Below, in pieces: positions 56,851 through 64,000 of a DNA stretch of 64,000 nt; position 1 is the first letter of the stretch, and every line of letters starts with the position of its first letter. The notes under the pieces are model-generated. The model ran no database searches. It saw nothing but the letters and a program-made list of their open reading frames with translations, and was not told the origin of the DNA. Source of the stretch: Myxococcota bacterium (GTDB lineage Bacteria > Myxococcota_A > UBA9160 > UBA4427); NCBI GenBank assembly GCA_965250285.1, contig OZ252299.1, positions 4,160,001-4,224,000 of the forward strand, given 5' to 3'. The position numbers and the translations under genes were made by a program.

Positions 56851-57723
56851 ATGGTGGCGCCGAGGGCCGCGGCCCGACCCAGCGAAGGCAGCGGGCGAGG
56901 GGTCGACACGCGCGCGCCGTTTCGGGTGATCGCCCACCGCGGTGCATCGGCGCATGCGCCCGAGAACACGCTGCCCGCGTTCGAGCACGCCATCGAGCTC
57001 GGTGCGAAAGAAGTCGAGCTCGACGTTCGGTTCTCGGCCGACGACCAGATCGTCGTGTTTCACGACGACGCCCTCGATCGCAAGACCGACGGGTCGGGAC
57101 GCGTGCGCCACCACACCGCGGCAGCGCTACAGCGCGTCGACATCGGCACCTGGTTCGATGCCACGCACCCCGACGCCGCGCGAAGCTATGCGGGCACGCC
57201 GATCGTGCTGCTGGGTGCCGTGTTCGAACGGCTCGGCGGCCGCGTCCGGTATCACGTCGAAATGAAGGGCTTCGACGACCTGCTCCCGCTTCGACTCCTG
57301 CAGACGATCGATGCGTTCGGGCTGCGCGAACGGGTCACCGTCACCTCGTTCTCGCTGCGGCCGCTGCTGCAGATGCAGAGCCTGGCCCCCGAGCTGCCCC
57401 TGTGTCTGCTGCTGCGCGACGCCCACGATGCGCTTCGCAGCGCCGAGTTTCGTCCGCAGCTCGAAGGACGCAGCGCTGAGGAAGTGCACGACTACTGGAT
57501 CGACGTCGCCGCCGACTCGGGCTTCGCGCAGGTGGGCGTGCGCGCTGCCGACACGCAACCCCGCACCGTCGCCCGGGCCGCCGACCGCGGCGTCGACGTG
57601 CGCGGCTGGGGCGTGGGCGACGAAGCCGACCTGCGCCACCTGGTGCAACTCGGCGCCGTCGGCGCCACCGTCGACTGGCCGGGGCGCGCACTCGAGATCG
57701 TGGGGGAGATGGGGGCAGGCTGA
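56851..57723 (+). CDS. Glycerophosphodiester phosphodiesterase
   Basis: IAHRGAS..APENT, ELDV, HD..LDR.T and VEMK motifs. Confidence 0.93.
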   Translation: MVAPRAAARPSEGSGRGVDTRAPFRVIAHRGASAHAPENTLPAFEHAIELGAKEVELDVRFSADDQIVVFHDDALDRKTDGSGRVRHHTAAALQRVDIGTWFDATHPDAARSYAGTPIVLLGAVFERLGGRVRYHVEMKGFDDLLPLRLLQTIDAFGLRERVTVTSFSLRPLLQMQSLAPELPLCLLLRDAHDALRSAEFRPQLEGRSAEEVHDYWIDVAADSGFAQVGVRAADTQPRTVARAADRGVDVRGWGVGDEADLRHLVQLGAVGATVDWPGRALEIVGEMGAG

Positions 57724-57747
57724 ATCGAACGCCGCGCAGCGCCGGAC

Positions 57748-58776
57748 TCACGCCCTGTTCGGAGCGACGTCGAGAAAGCGGCCCCCGAGATCCTGATAGT
57801 CGGGGAACTTCTGCATGCGCTGCCACATCCAGTCGCCGTAGACGAAGGGCTCGAAGGGATGCGCGCTCAGCACCGGCTCGATCCGTGCATCGACGGCCGG
57901 CTCGAAGAAGAACGGGATCGAGGTGCGGCGGCGCGCCGTGCCGACCACGCGGTGCTCCGTCGCTCGGACGGCGCCACCCGTCCAGAGCTGCAGCAGCTTG
58001 CCGAAGTTCACGGCCAGCCAGCCGGGCCCGTGCGGCACCGGCGTCCAGTCGCCCTCGGCGGTGCGCGCCTCGAGCCCCGCACCCGCGTCCTGATTGACGA
58101 ACGTGACGCAGCCCGAATCGGTGTGTGGCAGCACGAGCTGCATCGAAGCAGCCGCGCCGCTCGACCCTTCGACGGCCAAGCGTGCGCACAACGCCTCGTC
58201 CCACTCGCCGGGCTCGGGGTGGCGCGCCAGCGTGAGGGTCGAATTGCCCCGTTCGAAGTGGCGGGTCAGCTGCCCGGCCTCGACCTGCAGCACGCGCTCG
58301 ATGGCCGCGACCACGCAACGCCCGAGGGCTTCGAAGCCGGCAAAGGTGCGCGCCGCTTCGTCGCGCCAGCCAGGCAGCGCCGCTTCGTCGGGCAGCGCGC
58401 TCGCCTCCTGCAGCACGTCACGCGCGTCGCCGAGGCGATCGGCCGAGACGACGTCCGGCCCGACATCGAGATTCTCCGTGCCGATGCCCGCGTCGGGCTT
58501 CATCGGCGCGAGGCCGCGATAGCGATTGGGGTTGGCCTGCACGAAACGCTGTCGATACAGACGCTGCTTCGCGCTCGGCGAGAGATCGAACACCGAGAGC
58601 AGCAGGTCTCGCCGCGCGGCATCGAGGCACGCGGCGCCGGGCGGGGGGACGACCGCCATGAAGCCCGTCTCGTGGCAGGCACGCTCGACGAGGCGGTCGA
58701 CCGCGTCCCGGTCGCGGCCGGGCGGGCCGCATAGCGCTGCGCCGTCGACCACCGGAATGTCGGCCGTATGCCTCAT
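57748..58776 (-). CDS. Isopenicillin-N-synthase-family 2OG-Fe(II) oxygenase
   Basis: IPVVD, AC..TGF, HTDSG, VNFGKLL..WT, H-R-V and RTSIPFF motifs. Confidence 0.9.
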   Translation of the reverse strand: MRHTADIPVVDGAALCGPPGRDRDAVDRLVERACHETGFMAVVPPPGAACLDAARRDLLLSVFDLSPSAKQRLYRQRFVQANPNRYRGLAPMKPDAGIGTENLDVGPDVVSADRLGDARDVLQEASALPDEAALPGWRDEAARTFAGFEALGRCVVAAIERVLQVEAGQLTRHFERGNSTLTLARHPEPGEWDEALCARLAVEGSSGAAASMQLVLPHTDSGCVTFVNQDAGAGLEARTAEGDWTPVPHGPGWLAVNFGKLLQLWTGGAVRATEHRVVGTARRRTSIPFFFEPAVDARIEPVLSAHPFEPFVYGDWMWQRMQKFPDYQDLGGRFLDVAPNRA

Positions 58777-58894
58777 GGACCGCACGCTATCACACGCCGC
58801 GAAGGCGACGCGCAAAGCCACCAAGCCCGATTGACTGATGCTCACCTGGCAACGCACCATATCGGGGCGAGGTCGATCCGGCCGGAGGTCCAGC

Positions 58895-59809
58895 GTGAAC
58901 GCCGAGCGCATCGCAGCGAACCCGATCCTGAGTGTCGATCCGACCGATCCGGGGATCGGTGACAACGTGAACGGGCCCTCACTCGTCAAGGTGCCCGACT
59001 GGATCGACGCGCCGCTCGGCCGCTACTACCTCTACTTCGCGCACCATCGCGACACCTTCATTCGCCTCGCGTTCGCCGATGCGCCCGAAGGGCCGTGGCA
59101 CGTGCATCGACGCGGCACGTTGCGGCTCGAAGACACGCCGTGCCTCGATCACATCGCGTCGCCCGATGTGCACGTGCTCGACGACGCGCGCGAGATCCGC
59201 CTCTACTACCACGGGGTCGTGCACCACGACGACGACGTGCCCGACCCGCACGCCAACGCAATCGACCTGACGCGACCGTTCGTGCAGCGCACGTTCTGGG
59301 CATCGTCTCGCGATGGCCTGCACTTCGAAGCAGGCCGAGAGCTCTGCGGGCCGTCGTACTTTCGTGTGGTTCGGCGAACCGATGCAACGTATGCGCTCGC
59401 GATGCCGGGCCTGCTCTACCGCTCGCCGGACGGGCTGACCGGCTGGGAGCGCGGCCCGCAGCTGCTCGACGACGCCACCCGCCACCACGCCCTGCTGCTG
59501 CGCGGATCGACGCTGCACGTGCTCTACACCCGCGCCGGCGATCGCCCCGAGCGCATCCTCCACACGCGCGTCGACACGCGCGGCGACTGGCGCGACTGGC
59601 GCACCGAGGGCGAGACGACGGTGCTCGAGCCCGAGGCGAGCTGGGAGGGCGCCGACCTGCCGCTGCACGCCTCGGAGCGGGGTCAGGTCATGGCGCCGGT
59701 GCGGCAGCTGCGCGATCCGTGCATCTTCGAGGACGAGGGCGCCCTCCACCTCGTGTACGCGATTGCCGGAGAGCAGGGCCTCGCGATGGCGCGCCTGCGG
59801 CTCGACTGA
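58895..59809 (+). CDS. Five-bladed beta-propeller glycoside-hydrolase-like protein
   Basis: NGPSL..VPDW, YYLYFAHH, GPW, HIASPDV, LYYHG and LRDP motifs; GGAGG RBS. Confidence 0.7.
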   Translation: MNAERIAANPILSVDPTDPGIGDNVNGPSLVKVPDWIDAPLGRYYLYFAHHRDTFIRLAFADAPEGPWHVHRRGTLRLEDTPCLDHIASPDVHVLDDAREIRLYYHGVVHHDDDVPDPHANAIDLTRPFVQRTFWASSRDGLHFEAGRELCGPSYFRVVRRTDATYALAMPGLLYRSPDGLTGWERGPQLLDDATRHHALLLRGSTLHVLYTRAGDRPERILHTRVDTRGDWRDWRTEGETTVLEPEASWEGADLPLHASERGQVMAPVRQLRDPCIFEDEGALHLVYAIAGEQGLAMARLRLD

Positions 59810-60018
59810 CCTGTGCGGCCACGCCGACGGCATCGCGCACACCTGCGGCGAAATCGACACGAATCGGACGAAAGATTTCTTCGGCCCGGGCGGGCGCGCG
59901 GCCTGCGCTCGTTTAGTCTCGGGCTTCGCCGCCCGGTGCGCGCCGGCCCGTCCAGGGACGCGCGCCGCGATCGGCCGACCTTCGCGGCCTGCAAAGGCCC
60001 GCCTTCGAGGAACCCGCG

Positions 60019-61227
60019 ATGAAGCCCGTCGAAGAATACGACCTCTACGACCCCGAGACCGTCGAGACACCCTGGGAATACTACGCCGCGCTGCGATCCC
60101 AGGCGCCCGTCCACCAGGTGCCTGGCGGCATGGTCATGGTGTCGACCTACGACCTCTGCGTCGAGGCGATCCGCGATCCCGAGACGTTCTCGAGCAAGTT
60201 CATCCAGAAGATGTCGGGGGGCACGGCGGGCGCCGACGGCAACTACATGGGGCCCGAGACCCTGCTCTCGAACGATCCGCCCGAGCACACGTACTTTCGC
60301 AAGCTCGTGAACAAGACCTTCTCGCCCACCCGCGTGAAGAAGATGCAGCCCTACATCGAGCAGATCACGAGCGATCTCATCGACCGGATCCTCGAAGGCC
60401 CGACGACGTTCAACGCAGTCGATGCCTTCGCCGTGCCCCTTCCGCTCACCGTGATCGCCGATCAGCTCGGCGTTCCGCGCAGTGACCTCGACAACTTCAA
60501 GATCTGGTCCGACGCCACCATCGTGCCGATCGGGGGCATGGCGACCCCCGAGCAGCTGATCGAGTCGCTCAAGCTGGTCGAGGAGCTCAAGGCCTATCTC
60601 GCCGAGCGATGCCGTGAGGCCAAGGCGAGCCCGCGGGACGACATGATCAGCGACCTGGTCACAGCCGACGTCGGTGGCGAGCGGCCGATCGAAGAGAAGG
60701 AGGTCATCAGTCTGCTTCAGCAGTTCCTGGTCGCGGGCAACGAGACGACGACCAACCTGATCAGCGCAACGCTGATGTTCCTCTTTCAGAACCCCGAAGA
60801 GTACGAGAAGCTGAAGGCCGACCCGACCCTGCTGCCGAACGCCATCGAAGAGGCTCTTCGGCTCGAGACGCCCACCTCGGGCATGTGGCGCGTCGCGACG
60901 CGCGACACCGAGCTCGGCGGCGTCGAGATCGCCGAGGGCAGCATGGTGATGCTGCGCTACGCGGCCGCCAACCGCGACGAGGCCGTGTTCGAAGACCCCG
61001 ACACCTTCAAGATCGACCGACCGAACGCCAAGGAGCATCTCGCGTTCGGCCTGGGCATCCACTTCTGCCCGGGCGCCGCGCTGTCGCGTGAAGAGGCACG
61101 CGCGGGGGTCGGGCGCATCCTCGAGCGATTGCCCAACCTGCGGCTCGCGCCCGGCAACGACTTCAAGCACCACCCCAGCGTCCTGCTGCGCGGGCTGATC
61201 CGGCTCGACGTCGAGTTCGACGGCTGA
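60019..61227 (+). CDS. Cytochrome P450
   Basis: DPPEH..R, AGNETT, EEALR and heme ligand HLAFGLGIHFCPG. Confidence 0.97.
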   Translation: MKPVEEYDLYDPETVETPWEYYAALRSQAPVHQVPGGMVMVSTYDLCVEAIRDPETFSSKFIQKMSGGTAGADGNYMGPETLLSNDPPEHTYFRKLVNKTFSPTRVKKMQPYIEQITSDLIDRILEGPTTFNAVDAFAVPLPLTVIADQLGVPRSDLDNFKIWSDATIVPIGGMATPEQLIESLKLVEELKAYLAERCREAKASPRDDMISDLVTADVGGERPIEEKEVISLLQQFLVAGNETTTNLISATLMFLFQNPEEYEKLKADPTLLPNAIEEALRLETPTSGMWRVATRDTELGGVEIAEGSMVMLRYAAANRDEAVFEDPDTFKIDRPNAKEHLAFGLGIHFCPGAALSREEARAGVGRILERLPNLRLAPGNDFKHHPSVLLRGLIRLDVEFDG

Positions 61228-61354
61228 GCCGCGACGCGGAGGTGGCGCTCCTCGCCCGGGGCGCCGGTTGCCTCTGCCGATCCCGCGTTCGCCCCGCTAG
61301 CTTCGAAGGGGCTCGCCGACCCGGCGGGCCCCTTCTTCGTTTCGAGGCGACGCC

Positions 61355-63709
61355 ATGACGCACCCCTATCAAGACCCCGCGCTCAGAATCGACGAGCGCG
61401 TCGACGATCTCGTCGGGCGCATGACGCTCACCGAGAAGCTCGTCCAGATCGGCTGCGTCTGGTCGACCCAGCTGGTGGACGACGAGGCCTTCTCGGCCGC
61501 GAAGGCCGCCGAGCAGATGCCTCACGGCACGGGCCACGTGACGCGGATCGCCGCATCGACCGGGCTGCGGCCGCGCGAGAACGCGGCGTTCATGAACGAC
61601 ATCCAGCGTTGGCTCGTCGAGGAGACACGGCTCGGCATCCCGGCCCTCGTGCATGAAGAGTCGGCGGCGGGCTTCTGCGCCCGCGACGCAACGCAGTTTC
61701 CGCAGGCCATCGGGCTGGCCGCGACGTGGGATCCCGAAGGTGCGCGGCGCATCGGCGAGGTGATCCGGGCGCAGATGTGTGCGGTGGGGGCCCGCCAGAC
61801 CCTGGCGCCCGTGCTCGACGTCACCCGCGAGCCACGCTGGGGCCGCACCGAGGAGACGTTCGGCGAGTGCCCCTACCTCGTGTCACGCATGGGCGTCGCC
61901 TACGTGCAGGGGGTGCAGGGCGACGACCTCTCACGCGGTGTCGCCGCCACGGGCAAGCACTTCCTCGGCTATGGGATGCCCGAGGGCGGTCTCAACCACG
62001 CTTCGGCGCGCATCGGTCCACGCGAGCTGCGCGAGGTGTACGCGCGCCCGTTCGAGGCGGCGATCCGAGAGGCAGGGCTTGCCTCGGTGATGAACGCCTA
62101 CAACGACGTCGACGGGCTGCCCTGCGGCGGCTCGCGCGCGATCCTCGATGATCTGCTGCGCGGTGAGCTCGGCTTCGAGGGCGTCGTCGTCGCCGACTAC
62201 TTCACGACCGGGCTGCTCATCCACTGGCACAAGGTCGCGGCCGACAAGGGCGAAGCGGGGCAGCGCGCGCTCGAGGCCGGGCTCGACGTCGAGCTGCCTG
62301 CGCTCGACTGCTACGGCGGGCCGCTCGAAGAGCGCGTCGAATCGGGCGCGCTCGACGAGGCCTACGTCGACCGGGCCGTGCGCCGGCTGCTGACGATGAA
62401 GTTCGAGCTCGGCCTGTTCGAGTCTCCGACCGTCGAGCTCGACGCGGTCGAGCCCGCGTACGACGATCCCCAGGCCGTCGAGCTCGCCCGAGATCTGGCG
62501 GCGCGCTCGACGGTGCTGCTGACGAACGACGGTGTGCTGCCGCTCTCGAACGAGACCGGCTCGATCGCGGTCATCGGTCCCTGCGCCGACGACATCCGGC
62601 TGCAGCTGGGCGACTACCACTACCCGTCGCACCTCGAGATGATCTTCAAGCGCAAAGCAGACGGCGAGCAGGGGATCCTGCCTTCGAGCGACGTCGTCGC
62701 CTTCGCGCCGGGGCCCTACTACCGCCCCTCGGTCTCCCTCATCGAGGGCATTCGCGCAGCCGCGGGAGAGACTTGCACGATTCGCACCGCGCCGGGCTGC
62801 GCGCTGAACGACGACGATCGCAGCGGCTTCGACGCGGCTGTCGAGGCCGCGCGCGCCAGCGAGGTCGCGATCGTCTGCGTCGGGGGCAAGTCGGGCCTGC
62901 TGCCCGAAGACACGAGCGGCGAGTTTCGCGATGCGTCCGACCTGTCGCTCACCGGCCAACAGCAGGCCCTCGTCGAGGCGATCGTCGCGACGGGCACCCC
63001 GACCGTGGTGATCCTCGTGGGCGGTCGCATCTTCTCGGTGCCCTGGATCGCCGAGCACGCGGCGGCGCTGGCCTTCGCCTTCTGTCCGGGCGAGCAGGGG
63101 GGGCATGGCGTGGCCGACGTGCTCTTCGGGCGCGTGAACCCGGCCGCCCGACTCCCGATCTCGATGCCGGTCTCGGTGGGTCAGGTGCCGGTCTACTACG
63201 ACCACCGTTCGGGAAGCGGGCGCTCGCAGATGCTCGGCGACTACATCGATGGACCCACGCGGCCGCTCTTCTCGTTTGGTCACGGGCTCTCGTACACCCG
63301 CTTCGAGTACGGCGCGCTCGAGCTATCGACGACGACCCCCGATGCACAGGGGGTCGTCACGGTCTCGCTCGACGTGACGAACACGGGGGACGTCGACGGC
63401 GACGAGGTCGTCCAGCTCTACGTGCGCGACGAGGTCGCGCGCTGTAGCCGCCCCAACAAGCAGCTCGCCGGGTTCGTACGAACAAACATCGAAGCCGGCC
63501 GCACCCGCCGCGTGCGTTTCGAGCTCGACGTCTCGCAGCTCGGCTACTACGACGAGGACATGCGCTTCGTGGTCGAGCCCGGGTTCGTGACGGTCGAGCT
63601 GGGCGCGAGCGCCACCGACGTGCGCCAGACCGCACGGTTCGAGATCGGTGGCGCGTTGCGGGTGCTGTCGACGGCCGAGATCGTGCCGACCGGGGTGCAC
63701 GTCGACTGA
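61355..63709 (+). CDS. GH3 beta-glucosidase/beta-xylosidase with FnIII-like C-domain
   Basis: TRLGIP, RWGRTEETFGE, KHF, VMNAYN, VADY nucleophile, FGHGLSYT and EVVQLY motifs. Confidence 0.95.
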   Translation: MTHPYQDPALRIDERVDDLVGRMTLTEKLVQIGCVWSTQLVDDEAFSAAKAAEQMPHGTGHVTRIAASTGLRPRENAAFMNDIQRWLVEETRLGIPALVHEESAAGFCARDATQFPQAIGLAATWDPEGARRIGEVIRAQMCAVGARQTLAPVLDVTREPRWGRTEETFGECPYLVSRMGVAYVQGVQGDDLSRGVAATGKHFLGYGMPEGGLNHASARIGPRELREVYARPFEAAIREAGLASVMNAYNDVDGLPCGGSRAILDDLLRGELGFEGVVVADYFTTGLLIHWHKVAADKGEAGQRALEAGLDVELPALDCYGGPLEERVESGALDEAYVDRAVRRLLTMKFELGLFESPTVELDAVEPAYDDPQAVELARDLAARSTVLLTNDGVLPLSNETGSIAVIGPCADDIRLQLGDYHYPSHLEMIFKRKADGEQGILPSSDVVAFAPGPYYRPSVSLIEGIRAAAGETCTIRTAPGCALNDDDRSGFDAAVEAARASEVAIVCVGGKSGLLPEDTSGEFRDASDLSLTGQQQALVEAIVATGTPTVVILVGGRIFSVPWIAEHAAALAFAFCPGEQGGHGVADVLFGRVNPAARLPISMPVSVGQVPVYYDHRSGSGRSQMLGDYIDGPTRPLFSFGHGLSYTRFEYGALELSTTTPDAQGVVTVSLDVTNTGDVDGDEVVQLYVRDEVARCSRPNKQLAGFVRTNIEAGRTRRVRFELDVSQLGYYDEDMRFVVEPGFVTVELGASATDVRQTARFEIGGALRVLSTAEIVPTGVHVD

Positions 63710-63751
63710 ACGCGTGACGTCGGCCGCCGAAGGGTCTCGCGTCCACGCACC

Positions 63752-64000
63752 TCAGTCGGCCTCGAAGCCGATCTCGGCGTGCTGGCCGTCACAGAAGGGT
63801 TTGTTCTTCGAGGCGCCGCACCGACAGAGCGCGGCACGGTCGCCCTGCCACGCGACTCGGCCGCTCGCCGCGACGATCGAGAAGGCGCCGCGCAGCAGAA
63901 TCGGCCCGTTCGGGATCTTCTTCACGCTCAGCGGGCCCCCTTCGGTCTCGATCCCGGGGCCGGTCTCACCGACCGCGCCGTAGTCGACGAAGCCCGCCTT
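63752..64000 (-). CDS. CDGSH iron-sulfur domain protein, C-terminal part (gene runs off the window; not in the ORF track)
   Basis: Manual translation of the minus strand gives ...PNGPILLRG...AALCRCGASKNKPFCDGQHAEIGFEAD*. Confidence 0.88.
   Translation of the reverse strand, partial: KAGFVDYGAVGETGPGIETEGGPLSVKKIPNGPILLRGAFSIVAASGRVAWQGDRAALCRCGASKNKPFCDGQHAEIGFEAD

Overview
This is a very GC-rich bacterial chromosomal window with about 57 protein-coding genes. I recognised no rRNA, tRNA, CRISPR array, integrase or transposase. A PEP-CTERM protein, a Myxococcus-type Cys-rich (DUF4215) repeat protein, an OprB porin and an outer-membrane beta-barrel indicate a diderm host. By inference it is Myxococcota-like or a related deltaproteobacterial lineage, and it carries many lipid/aromatic catabolic families usually associated with Actinobacteria (WS/DGAT, SCP-x thiolase + DUF35, F420-type LLM, P450, TauD, PhyH, SnoaL). 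Main modules: (1) DUF4212 + ActP-like symporter; (2) WS/DGAT fused to a TerB-like C-terminal domain; (3) acyl-CoA ligase divergent from a TetR + four-subunit 2-oxoacid:ferredoxin oxidoreductase operon; (4) a divergent TetR-associated TauD / FAD-oxidoreductase / LLM / kinase / sulfatase cluster with a 29-bp palindrome; (5) a translationally coupled TTQ amine-dehydrogenase operon (mau/aauBEDA + monoheme cytochrome c, no mauG in the window); (6) ppk1, rimO, and a 2OG-oxygenase / propeller hydrolase / P450 / GH3 block. Two recurrent junction patterns stand out. Micro-ORFs exactly bridge consecutive genes with RTGA overlaps at both ends (4 cases). Short tandem duplications copy gene 3' ends (56, 22 and 37 bp units). 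All functional calls come from motifs I read in the translations; no database searches were run.
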